DNA of 63,924 bases, counting the filler. It is 6 parts of 6 records of this genome, joined end to end, with 100 filler letters (N's around TTAATTAATTAA, not from the genome) between each part and the next. Parts side by side here need not be neighbours in the genome. Positions count along the whole stretch, not along the records: positions 30,832 to 45,628 come from SRR20825010_2483; positions 45,729 to 60,814 come from SRR20825010_2486; 4 more parts are not named here. One strand, 5' to 3'. The notes beneath the pieces were generated by a model. It was not told where the DNA came from. It searched no databases and saw nothing but the letters and a program-made list of their open reading frames with translations. A program made the translations under genes and the position numbers. Below, piece after piece: positions 40,974-50,016 of this stretch (its first letter is position 1; each line of letters begins with the position of its first letter).

Positions 40974-41678
40974 CTATGAGTTTGAGATCAATGCGGCTTC
41001 GGACCACAACGATGGATCTTCCGCGACGGGGAAATCAGTGCTCAGCGTCAACGCTTGATTGCCCAGTTCCCGGTCTGCGACGAGGTAGTAGAAACCGATC
41101 TGAGATTGATCCTTCGGGTCGTAGCCCGTCAAAGCCTCGGCGGGTATCAAACCCGATAACTCATAGCCATCATGACGCGGAATCGCGTGAATCTTCAAAG
41201 CGTCCGGCCGGATCGGCTTTGGATTCGTCCGTGCCCGATTGATGGGCACCATCGCTGCGACGGGGCGCTCCCGCTTTGGGCCACCGCCGGCGGGCAACCA
41301 CAGAAACCGGTGGCAATGCTGTGTGGCTCGGTGAATGTTGGGACTGTTCCGCGTGTCCATCCACAAATGCAGACCATCGCTCTCGTCCAACCGCGTCTCG
41401 CGGCACCATGGCAGCTGACGCTTTCCGTTGACGAGCAAATGAAATCCGATGCCGGACACGTCCCAGGCGATGCGTACATCCGCGTAGATCGGACCGCCTG
41501 ACAGGGCAGCAAACGATGGCACCCGGCACGATGTCGGCAGAGACAAACCTCGCGAGGTCCAATCCAACGCGTGTTGTTGCAGCCGAACTTCGAATCGGAA
41601 CAACATCGTGGGATCGAGAAGGGGACCTTTGGCAGAACTCAAGACTACAAACCTGCTCGTGACATTCTTTGGGACCAA
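40974..41678 (-). CDS. DOMON/CBM9-like domain hypothetical protein
   Basis: ADVRIAWD, DGLHLWMDTR, GYELSGLIP, IGFYYLV.D pattern. Start uncertain. Confidence 0.6.
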   Translation of the reverse strand: MVPKNVTSRFVVLSSAKGPLLDPTMLFRFEVRLQQHALDWTSRGLSLPTSCRVPSFAALSGGPIYADVRIAWDVSGIGFHLLVNGKRQLPWCRETRLDESDGLHLWMDTRNSPNIHRATQHCHRFLWLPAGGGPKRERPVAAMVPINRARTNPKPIRPDALKIHAIPRHDGYELSGLIPAEALTGYDPKDQSQIGFYYLVADRELGNQALTLSTDFPVAEDPSLWSEAALISNS

Positions 41679-42140
41679 TCAGCCGCGGTGACATCGCTGC
41701 GGCAATCAAAAGCGTACCGGGTTCGTTCCGATTGGGAATGGTGGGAAGCTCGCAGCACCGCTCCCCGTTCTGGCAATTTCCCATCGCTGGCTTCATCCGG
41801 AAGCGCGCCGTGAACGTCGTTTCAGTAGGCGAATTGTGGAGGTTTCTTCAATAAAGCGGGCGTGAAACCGACCGGACTTTACCCAACCGGAACAACCTGA
41901 ACGGTCGAGGTGAAAACGAAATGCTTTCCCAGGCGATTTCAATTCCCCAGCCCTCCAAGTCGCCGATAGCGTGCGTTGGAGCGGGATCTCCATCAGACGA
42001 TTTTGGCGGCGCCAACTTCGGCAATGCCTTGCCGCTCTGTCCCACCTCACAGCCCACCATCACATTTATACAAACTCCGGTTTCGCAGTGAACTTATTAT
42101 TCCAAGACGTCGTTCGCTGACCTCCGGCCCAAATAGAATC

Positions 42141-43877
42141 ATGAAAACTCTTTCCCCCATTCGTCATTGTTCCAATACCGCCAAACGCCTCGCTTTGTCG
42201 GTCGCAATCGCCGGTTCAGTCTTCGCTGCGGGACTGGCCCCCTCACTCGCCCACGCCAAGCGAGTGGACACGGCTCTGACCGGCGGCATCTCGATTCTCG
42301 TCCATCGCTTTGACGAAGAAGCCGCCCCCATCGATCCGACACCAGTCGTCGTTGAAGAAGCCAAAGACGAAACCGAAAGGAAGACCGACGAATCCGCCAA
42401 GCCAACCGAAACAGCCGCCACCGACCAAGCCCGGCAAAAGATCGTCGCGATTCCTGGCACGCACGATTCGATCCCAACCGTCACCGTCGACCTCTCACCT
42501 GAAGCCGCCCCCGCAGAAGCCGACCTGCCCGCCACGGACGACGCCGAAACAAACTCTGGACTGCAACTCGCCGCCGCCGACACTGACGTTGCTCCCGCTC
42601 AAACCACCAGCGTTCGACGCACGTCATCTGACTTCAACGAAATGCTGGCCGCCGTCGCTGCTTCGACCGCAGCCAAAATCGGCATTCCTCTGGAACAGTT
42701 CCTTGAACCGTTCGCGATGATTCGCACCAAAGCAAAGTTGCCACCGGTTGCCGGCGAACTGGATCCTTCCATCGGAGCAGCCGTCGCCGACGACGAAGCC
42801 TTGGCTCAAGCGGTCGCTCTGAACCGTTGGTGGTTGGATGAATCCAAACCGGAAGTCGACTCCGACGAGAACGTGCTGCAAAGCCAAGTCGTTGAAAAGG
42901 CATCGAAGCCAATCCCGACGCCTCACAAATTCACGATCGACGTTCGCGAAGAGTTGGCTGCTCTCGCAGCGGAAGAACCTTTCGATGTCACTCAGCCCTC
43001 GGTGATCTTGCCCTTCATCGCCAAGCATGACTTCTCGGCCCCGGCGATCGACTCGCCCCCCGCGATCGAGACATCGGCTGAGTCCGCGACTGAACCCGAA
43101 GTTGTCGAGGAAGACATCGATCGCTTGGCGGGAAGCTCGCCCGTCATCGTGACGTTGGAAGAAGCGTATCTGCCATACGATTTGAATGAAGGCGACATTC
43201 ACCAAGCCCAGGTGGTGAAGTCGTCACCGGACTGCTTGCTCGATGAAGCGGTTTGGCAAGTCAGCAAGTTGGCAGATCAGGCGGAATGCTTCACGCCGCG
43301 TGAATTGGGTGGATTGTTGGCAGATGTTTCGCGTCGGCGGGCGAGCATCGAAGCGGATGTGTTGGATGTCGTCGCCCACGACTTGGCGTCGATCGTCGCG
43401 ACACCAGTCCCGATGATGTTGGTCGATGGCGAACCGGTGCCGAAGCCGGTCGCCGATGCGGAGCCGGACGCCGTCCACTCGATCGACACGATGGTCGTCG
43501 ACGGCGAAGTCATTCCGGCTCCGATTCCGGACGCGGTTCCCGATGAGTTGCCCAACTCGGCGATCATCGAAATCATGTTGGTCGATGGCGATTTGGTTCC
43601 CGCACCCACGCCCGACACCGCACCGGATGCACCTGAGTCGGCACCAGCCATTCCGACCATGCTGGTCGATGGCGACGCGATCCCGGCACCCACGCCGGAT
43701 GGAATTCCCAATGGGCTCGTGAGCTTGGACACGGCCACCGGAATCGAATCGATTGTCGCCGTCGATGTGGTCCCTGAATCGGCTTATCCGAAGATGAACC
43801 CAGGATTGGATCCGGCCGCGATGGATGCTGAAACTCAATTGGCCACGCGTCCCGAAGACGAGAGCGTTCAACGCTAG
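42141..43877 (+). CDS. Acidic Pro/Ala-rich secreted hypothetical protein with C-terminal repeats
   Basis: Signal-like N-terminus (..SLAHA); four M(L/V)VDG(E/D)x(V/I)PxPxxD repeats. Confidence 0.7.
   Translation: MKTLSPIRHCSNTAKRLALSVAIAGSVFAAGLAPSLAHAKRVDTALTGGISILVHRFDEEAAPIDPTPVVVEEAKDETERKTDESAKPTETAATDQARQKIVAIPGTHDSIPTVTVDLSPEAAPAEADLPATDDAETNSGLQLAAADTDVAPAQTTSVRRTSSDFNEMLAAVAASTAAKIGIPLEQFLEPFAMIRTKAKLPPVAGELDPSIGAAVADDEALAQAVALNRWWLDESKPEVDSDENVLQSQVVEKASKPIPTPHKFTIDVREELAALAAEEPFDVTQPSVILPFIAKHDFSAPAIDSPPAIETSAESATEPEVVEEDIDRLAGSSPVIVTLEEAYLPYDLNEGDIHQAQVVKSSPDCLLDEAVWQVSKLADQAECFTPRELGGLLADVSRRRASIEADVLDVVAHDLASIVATPVPMMLVDGEPVPKPVADAEPDAVHSIDTMVVDGEVIPAPIPDAVPDELPNSAIIEIMLVDGDLVPAPTPDTAPDAPESAPAIPTMLVDGDAIPAPTPDGIPNGLVSLDTATGIESIVAVDVVPESAYPKMNPGLDPAAMDAETQLATRPEDESVQR
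43410..43715 (+). repeat. Four ~26-28 aa tandem protein repeats
   Basis: MLVDGEPVPKPVAD / MVVDGEVIPAPIPD / MLVDGDLVPAPTPD / MLVDGDAIPAPTPD. Confidence 0.85.
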
Positions 43878-44033
43878 CAGAATCAGGCGATTCGCATTCC
43901 ACCGCGAATCACCATCATCACTTCGAAGCCGAAACCCACGATGTTGAATACCAACGTCGTGGGTTTCGCTCGTTTATACTTGCCGCACAAGTCTCTATCC
44001 CCGTGTCTCAATCCTCGTGCGGAAGTTGCATTG

Positions 44034-45566
44034 ATGAACCTCAAACGGATCTTTGGTCTCGGACTCCTACTCGGCTTTGCTCTCAGTTCTCAATTCTCTT
44101 TTGGACAAGAACCGGACGCAAAAAAAGCCAGCCAGCGCAAGAATGTTCTCTTTCTCATTTCCGATGACTTGAACACTCGCATCGGTTGCTACGGCGATCC
44201 GATCGTTCAAACACCCAACATCGATCGCTTGGCCGCTCGAGGTGTCTTGTTCGAGAACGCCGCCTGCCAATACCCGCTCTGCGGACCGTCACGCAATTCA
44301 ATGCTGTGCGGTCTCTATCCCGACACGACGGGCATTCACGGCAACGCCCAAATCTTCCGAGATTCCATTCCCCAGCGTTGGTCGCTGCCGCAAGCATTTC
44401 GCTTGGATGGGTACTTCGCCGGACGAATCGGCAAACTGTACCACTACAACGTTCCCAAGTCGGTCGGAACAAACGGCCACGACGATCCCGCGTCTTGGGA
44501 ATTGGAACTGAACCCTGCCGGTTGCGATCGACTGATCGAAGAACCAGACATCTTCACGCTTCGAAAAGGTGCGTTTGGCGGAACACTCTCTTGGTATGCA
44601 TCCCCTCGCCCCGATGAAGCTCACACCGACGGAATGCTCGCCGATGATGCATTGTGGGTCTTGGAACGATGTGCCAAACGCAACGACCGCCCGTTCTTCT
44701 TGGCCGTCGGTTTCTATCGACCTCACACGCCCTATGTCGCGCCGAAGGAATACTTCGAGCCATACAAGTTGGAAGACATGCCTTTGTTCGACGACGTGGA
44801 AGAAGACAACGCGGACGTCCCCGCCGCGGCTCTGTTGAGCAAGAAGAAGGAACAAGATCAACTCAACGACGAGCTGCGTCGGCAAGCGATTCAGGCTTAT
44901 TACGCCAGCACAACGTTCATGGACGCGCAAGTCGGCAAGGTGCTCGACACGCTAAAACGCACCGGTTTGGACAAGAACACGATCGTGGTCTTCACCAGCG
45001 ACCACGGTTACTTCCTTGGCGAAAAAGGATTGTGGCAAAAGCAGGCTTTGTTCGACAAAGTCGCTGGCGTGCCATTGATCATCGCCGAACCGGGACGCAC
45101 AGAAGGTTCAATCGCGAAGTCACCTGTTGGCTTGGTCGACTTGTACCCGACACTCGCTGAGCTGTGCGACGTTCCCACGCAAAAGTTGATGCAGGGACAA
45201 TCCCTCGTGCCGATGTTGCGCGATCCATCGCAAGCCGGTCGCGGCTATTCCATGTCGATGGTCGCGCGAAACGATCGCCAGACCAAGCAACGCTATTACG
45301 GCTATTCGATTCGAACCGAGCGATATCGTTTGACACTTTGGGACGACGGCAAGCGAGGAACCGAACTCTACGACCATCAAAACGATCCCGAAGAGTTCAC
45401 CAACTTGGCCCACGGGGAACGAAAGAACGACCCCAACAACGCCAAAGTGATTCGCGAGCTGACTGAGAAACTAAAAGCCGAAATGGCCAACGGGATGCCC
45501 GCCTCCGGAAAACGGACGGAATACAAAGTCGGCAACTGGAACCCAATGCTTCGAATCGACAACTGA
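44034..45566 (+). CDS. Secreted S1 sulfatase (iduronate-2-sulfatase-like)
   Basis: NVLFLISDDL, CGPSRNSML.G, GKLYH, GFYRPHTPY, SDHGY.LGEKG.W.K. Confidence 0.92.
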   Translation: MNLKRIFGLGLLLGFALSSQFSFGQEPDAKKASQRKNVLFLISDDLNTRIGCYGDPIVQTPNIDRLAARGVLFENAACQYPLCGPSRNSMLCGLYPDTTGIHGNAQIFRDSIPQRWSLPQAFRLDGYFAGRIGKLYHYNVPKSVGTNGHDDPASWELELNPAGCDRLIEEPDIFTLRKGAFGGTLSWYASPRPDEAHTDGMLADDALWVLERCAKRNDRPFFLAVGFYRPHTPYVAPKEYFEPYKLEDMPLFDDVEEDNADVPAAALLSKKKEQDQLNDELRRQAIQAYYASTTFMDAQVGKVLDTLKRTGLDKNTIVVFTSDHGYFLGEKGLWQKQALFDKVAGVPLIIAEPGRTEGSIAKSPVGLVDLYPTLAELCDVPTQKLMQGQSLVPMLRDPSQAGRGYSMSMVARNDRQTKQRYYGYSIRTERYRLTLWDDGKRGTELYDHQNDPEEFTNLAHGERKNDPNNAKVIRELTEKLKAEMANGMPASGKRTEYKVGNWNPMLRIDN

Positions 45567-45588
45567 GCGGGGGCGACGGCGGTCGCCG

Positions 45589-45628
45589 GCTTCTAGCTTC
45601 TAGCTTCTAGCTCGTGCTCGTGCTCGTG
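45589..45628 (+). repeat. Simple sequence repeat (GCTTCTA)3(GCTCGT)3 at contig end
   Basis: Directly visible, preceded by the hairpin GGCGAC-GGCG-GTCGCC. Confidence 0.85.
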
Positions 45629-45728
45629 NNNNNNNNNNNNNNNNNNNNNNNNNNNNNNNNNNNNNNNNNNNNTTAATTAATTAANNNNNNNNNNNNNNNN
45701 NNNNNNNNNNNNNNNNNNNNNNNNNNNN
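45629..45728. other. Artificial contig linker
   Basis: 44 N + TTAATTAATTAA + 44 N. Confidence 0.98.
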
Positions 45729-45729
45729 C

Positions 45730-46002
45730 CTTGACGGTATCGAGAACAAGATCCACCCAGGCGACGCGATGGATAAAGATCTCTACGCCCTGCCGGCTGA
45801 AGAGCTTCTCGGTGTTCCAACGGTGGCAAGCTCGCTACGTGAAGCACTTGAATCCCTGCATAACGACCGCGAGTTCCTCAAGAAAGGTGACGTGTTCACC
45901 GATGACCAGATCAGCGCGTACATTGAGCTGAAGATGGAAGAAGTGAACAGGCTGGACCTCGCACCACACCCTGTTGAGTTCGAGATGTACTACAGCGCCT
46001 AA
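45730..46002 (+). CDS. glnA: Glutamine synthetase type I, C-terminal fragment
   Basis: [19 protein letters not shown] (adenylylation loop), [20 protein letters not shown]. Confidence 0.95.
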   Translation, partial: LDGIENKIHPGDAMDKDLYALPAEELLGVPTVASSLREALESLHNDREFLKKGDVFTDDQISAYIELKMEEVNRLDLAPHPVEFEMYYSA

Positions 46003-46023
46003 GTGCGACAAATAAACAACAAG

Positions 46024-46055
46024 AGAGGAAGCGCATGCCGCTTCCTCTTTTTTTT
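46024..46055 (+). terminator. Rho-independent terminator of glnA
   Basis: AGAGGAAGCG-CATGC-CGCTTCCTCT followed by a T-run. Confidence 0.85.
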
Positions 46056-46091
46056 GAGCTAAATATATATAGTTTCCTCGTCGTTTACGAT

Positions 46092-46107
46092 TTAACAACC
46101 CGTCAAC
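46092..46107 (+). promoter_or_regulatory. CtrA-like box (one mismatch)
   Basis: TTAA-CAACCCG-TCAAC upstream of the gene at 46186. Confidence 0.5.
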
Positions 46108-46185
46108 TATACAGTCGATCTTATAAGTGGTGTTGTAAGCACGACCTATGTTACCGCAAAACCTTCAGGACGGGATTGCACCGTA

Positions 46186-46719
46186 ATGCACATCGAGTAC
46201 TCAACTGAACAGGCAGCCATCCAACCGCGCCTCGCCAGTGCCAACATTAACCCGGATACTTTCCTCGCGACGGACTATCTCAATCATTTCAATGAGATAG
46301 TGATGCTTCTTGAGATGGTTCCGGACATGCCTGAGCTTGCGGAAGATGCTGCCGAATGGGCCCCTAAAAGCTATAATCAACACTTTCTGGATAGTGGCTT
46401 TCAAGCAAAAGAGCTCGCCGTGCAGGCTTACAACCTCGCGCCCATGGAAATTCGTTCGGTATTTGAGAAAATCTGCGCAGACCTGGACCAACTTATCCAG
46501 TCCACACTTGCGGGGATGGCCGCAGTAAACGTGGCGGAACGTGGCTTCACTCCCAAAGCGCAGGAACTGATCCGCATGCGCGTGGAGGCTATCCAAGCCC
46601 TTTTGATGAAACTTAATCAGGTCATTCACGGCAAGCTTGAAGACGCTGTTGAAGTGATTGAAGAGCATCCGGAAGAAAGTGCGCAAACACAGGAAGATAT
46701 CGACAAGCTGTTCGATTAA
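46186..46719 (+). CDS. Alphaproteobacterial helical hypothetical protein with CheZ-like C-terminal peptide
   Basis: NINPDTFLATDYLNHFNEIVMLLEM motif; ends AQTQEDIDKLFD. Confidence 0.75.
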   Translation: MHIEYSTEQAAIQPRLASANINPDTFLATDYLNHFNEIVMLLEMVPDMPELAEDAAEWAPKSYNQHFLDSGFQAKELAVQAYNLAPMEIRSVFEKICADLDQLIQSTLAGMAAVNVAERGFTPKAQELIRMRVEAIQALLMKLNQVIHGKLEDAVEVIEEHPEESAQTQEDIDKLFD

Positions 46720-46788
46720 GCCTGCCGACACCCACTACAAACTTTAATGAAAACAAAGCCCTTACAACGGGCACCGTATCACCCGAGC

Positions 46789-47052
46789 CTAGACCGCCGG
46801 ACGATAGTCCTCGCCTTCCTCAATCACGGCAAGAGAGACCGTTTTCTTGAGATCAGGTCGCCCTTCACGAGCCAAGCTCACCAGCGGGTAGGTGCTTGCA
46901 CCAATGCTGCTGATCCGCTCAACAACCCAGACAGAAGTCATATGATGACGATCTGAATACCGAGCACCCACTACAACACCTGGCACGATGCTTGTTGTGC
47001 CCTCGCCCCGGAAAAGGCGCTTGAGTAATCCAACCGAGCTACCTTTTTGCAT
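46789..47052 (-). CDS. Small hypothetical protein (87 aa)
   Basis: GGAG RBS before ATG at 47052; LLKRLF amphipathic N-terminus, beta-rich body. Confidence 0.6.
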   Translation of the reverse strand: MQKGSSVGLLKRLFRGEGTTSIVPGVVVGARYSDRHHMTSVWVVERISSIGASTYPLVSLAREGRPDLKKTVSLAVIEEGEDYRPAV

Positions 47053-47101
47053 TTGTGATCTCCAATGAGTTGCCGAGACATTCAAGGCTACAAACAACCC
47101 C

Positions 47102-47116
47102 TTAACGAAGTTTTAA
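47102..47116. promoter_or_regulatory. CtrA consensus box TTAA-N7-TTAA
   Basis: TTAACGAAGTTTTAA, 50 nt upstream of the small gene, in the intergenic region shared with parE. Confidence 0.65.
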
Positions 47117-47262
47117 ACCGCCTGTGAATTCTATGTGAATTTTACGAGAACACACACTATATTTTCTTTCGCACAACATAGATACCCCTATATATTGTTA
47201 CGCTTGACGGCGGGGCGCCCTTGGTTTACCCCCTCAATATAACGCGTTTACCGGGGTGGGTT

Positions 47263-49239
47263 ATGAGCGATCTGTTCGAAGTTACACAAACAAAATCTGA
47301 CTATTCAGCCAAAGATATTGAGGTCCTTGAAGGACTTGAGCCGGTCAGGCAACGACCAGGCATGTATATTGGCGGTACGGACGAACGCGCAATTCACCAT
47401 CTTGTTGCCGAAATTCTCGATAACTCAATGGATGAGGCGGTTGCAGGTCACGCGAGTCGGATCATTGTATCCATGCATGACGACGGTTCCGTGTCAGTCT
47501 CCGATAACGGCCGTGGTATCCCGATCGACCCTCACCCAAAATACCCTGAGAAATCCGCCCTTGAAGTGATCATGACCACCCTGCACTCTGGCGGCAAGTT
47601 TAGTTCAGACGCCTACGCAACCTCTGGCGGGTTGCACGGTGTGGGTATTTCTGTGGTCAACGCGCTCAGTGAATGGATGACCGTTGAAGTAGCGCGAGAC
47701 AAACAGCTTTGGCGCCAAAGCTATGCTCGCGGCAAGACAACCAGCAACATTGAAGATATGGGTGCGGTGAACAACCGCCGCGGCACGCAGGTTAGCTTCC
47801 TGCCGGACCATGAAATTTTTGGCACTAAGCTGAAGCTGAAACCCGCGCGGCTTTACCGCATGGCGCGTTCTAAAGCGTATCTATTCCGTGGTGTTGAAAT
47901 CCGCTTCCGTTGTGCGCCAAGCCTGATTGCCGAGGACGATGACACCCCGGCAGAAGCAACACTGCACTTCCCCGGTGGGCTCGCAGATTTCCTCGCTGAT
48001 ACGGTGAAGAAACGTACCTGCGTAACCGAGGCACCTTTCAGCGGTTTTGTGAAGTTTCCGGATGATGCCGGCCGTGTTGAATGGGCAATACACTGGCCAG
48101 AATTTGGGGACGGCTTTTCAAACAGCTACTGTAACACCATTCCAACACCCCAAGGTGGCACTCATGAGAATGGTATGCGCAGCGCCCTTGTACGCGGCCT
48201 GAAAGCTTATGCTGAACTCACGAACAACAAAAAAGCCACCCAGCTTACCGGCGATGACATCCATGGCTCATCTTGCACGATGCTGTCTGTATTTATTCGT
48301 GACCCTCAGTTCCAGGGGCAGACCAAGGACAAGCTTTCGACACTTGATGCTTTCAGGCTCACTGAGAATGCCATCCGTGATGCATTTGACCATTGGCTCG
48401 CTGATCACCCTGACCGTGCCAACAGCCTGCTCACCTGGGCGCTGGAGCGCCTGGAAGACCGCCTGCGCCGCAAACAGGAACGCGAGATCAAACGTGCAAC
48501 AGCTGTAGGCAAGCGCAAACTACGTCTGCCTGGCAAGTTGACGGATTGCTCAAGCGCGTCCCCCGAAGGCACTGAAATTTATATCGTGGAGGGCGATTCC
48601 GCTGGAGGTTCAGCCAAACAGGCGCGGGACAGAAAAACACAAGCGGTGCTCCCGATCCGCGGCAAAATCCTCAACGTTGCCTCCGCTACACGAGACAAGA
48701 TCGCAGCCAATCAGGAAATTCGTGACCTGACGCAGGCTCTTGGTTGCGGTACAAGAGACGGGTATGACGGGGCGTCGCTCCGTTACGAGAAAGTCATCAT
48801 CATGACCGATGCTGACGTCGACGGCGCCCATATTGCCACCCTCCTCATGACCTTTTTCTTCCAGGAGATGCCGCAACTTGTGAAAGACGGCAGGCTTTAT
48901 CTGGCGCTGCCCCCACTTTACCGCATCGCAAAAGGTGGCAAGGTAATTTACGCGCGGGATGACGCCCATAAAGACGAGTTGATGGCCACCGAGTTCGCAG
49001 GCAAAGGCAAGATTGAGATCAGCCGGTTTAAGGGCCTTGGTGAGATGCCACCCGGCCAGCTCAAAGAGACCACCATGGCGCATAAGAACCGCACACTACT
49101 GCGCGTCACCCTGCCTTCAGAGTATGGCGACAGAGCCATCGTGAACCAGCTTGTTGACGACCTGATGGGCAAGAAGCCTGAAAAGCGCTTTGAATTTATT
49201 CGCGACAACGCCCCTGCGGTCGATGAGCTTGATATTTAG
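47263..49239 (+). CDS. parE: DNA topoisomerase IV subunit B
   Basis: LEGLEPVRQRPGMYIG, DNSMDEA, GLHGVG, VEGDSAGGSAKQAR, MTDADVDGAHI, RFKGLGEM. No GyrB insertion. Confidence 0.95.
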   Translation: MSDLFEVTQTKSDYSAKDIEVLEGLEPVRQRPGMYIGGTDERAIHHLVAEILDNSMDEAVAGHASRIIVSMHDDGSVSVSDNGRGIPIDPHPKYPEKSALEVIMTTLHSGGKFSSDAYATSGGLHGVGISVVNALSEWMTVEVARDKQLWRQSYARGKTTSNIEDMGAVNNRRGTQVSFLPDHEIFGTKLKLKPARLYRMARSKAYLFRGVEIRFRCAPSLIAEDDDTPAEATLHFPGGLADFLADTVKKRTCVTEAPFSGFVKFPDDAGRVEWAIHWPEFGDGFSNSYCNTIPTPQGGTHENGMRSALVRGLKAYAELTNNKKATQLTGDDIHGSSCTMLSVFIRDPQFQGQTKDKLSTLDAFRLTENAIRDAFDHWLADHPDRANSLLTWALERLEDRLRRKQEREIKRATAVGKRKLRLPGKLTDCSSASPEGTEIYIVEGDSAGGSAKQARDRKTQAVLPIRGKILNVASATRDKIAANQEIRDLTQALGCGTRDGYDGASLRYEKVIIMTDADVDGAHIATLLMTFFFQEMPQLVKDGRLYLALPPLYRIAKGGKVIYARDDAHKDELMATEFAGKGKIEISRFKGLGEMPPGQLKETTMAHKNRTLLRVTLPSEYGDRAIVNQLVDDLMGKKPEKRFEFIRDNAPAVDELDI

Positions 49240-49934
49240 GCGCTTATAAGGGCGGCCAGAGCAGTAGTAAGCATTGCGGGTGCCTCAAGCGGTACCAGAT
49301 GACCACACTTTGGCACTTCAACATACCTGCAGTTCGGTAGACGCTTAGCCATTTCCTGCTGATGCGCGTGATCCGCCAAGGTGTCCTCCCGCCCGAACAT
49401 CACCAGCGACGGTACCGCGATGTCACATAGGCTGGCTTCACGGCTGGTCCGTTCCATGATAGCCCGCTGCTGCCTGACCAGCACATCGGCGCCTAAATCC
49501 CGCGCCATTTCACGCACTAACGGTGCATGCCTCATCCGGTTATTCTCGCTCAAGGCGCTTTCAACATATCCATCAACAAAGGCTGTAAATTTACCGCGGT
49601 CAGCAAGTTTGATCGCTTGCATGCGTTTCTTCCGCGCCTCAGTGCTATCAGCATGCGCATTGGTGCCGATGAGCGCCAGGTGGCTTATGCGGTGCGGCAC
49701 ACGAGTGGCAATTTCAAGGGCAAGATACCCTCCCAATGAATTACCAACGATAGCAAACCGGTCCGGCATATTCTCGATTGCGCGGGCGGCCATATCCGCG
49801 AGATTATCATCTGCCTGGGTATCCGCCACTGATACTTCAACGCCTTCCGCGAAGTGATTGATCACGCTTTTATATAGCCGACTGTCACATAAAAGTGCCG
49901 GTAGTAAGAGAATTGCATCAGTATTAAAAGCCAT
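49236..49934 (-). CDS. Alpha/beta fold hydrolase
   Basis: LLPALLCD, GNSLGG nucleophile elbow, GRED, CGHLVPLE. Confidence 0.85.
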   Translation of the reverse strand: MAFNTDAILLLPALLCDSRLYKSVINHFAEGVEVSVADTQADDNLADMAARAIENMPDRFAIVGNSLGGYLALEIATRVPHRISHLALIGTNAHADSTEARKKRMQAIKLADRGKFTAFVDGYVESALSENNRMRHAPLVREMARDLGADVLVRQQRAIMERTSREASLCDIAVPSLVMFGREDTLADHAHQQEMAKRLPNCRYVEVPKCGHLVPLEAPAMLTTALAALISA

Positions 49935-50016
49935 GAAGCCGTATCCCGCATTGACATTGCGCCCTGTGCACCTATGCTGCGCCCGAATTTGTAGCTTATA
50001 AATTGGCAGGATGCGA

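Noticed and set aside
28993-45566. Functional link between the sulfatases (contigs C and D) and the sulfotransferases (contig B)
   Set aside because: They lie on different contigs from different organisms, and sulfatases are very abundant in Rhodopirellula.
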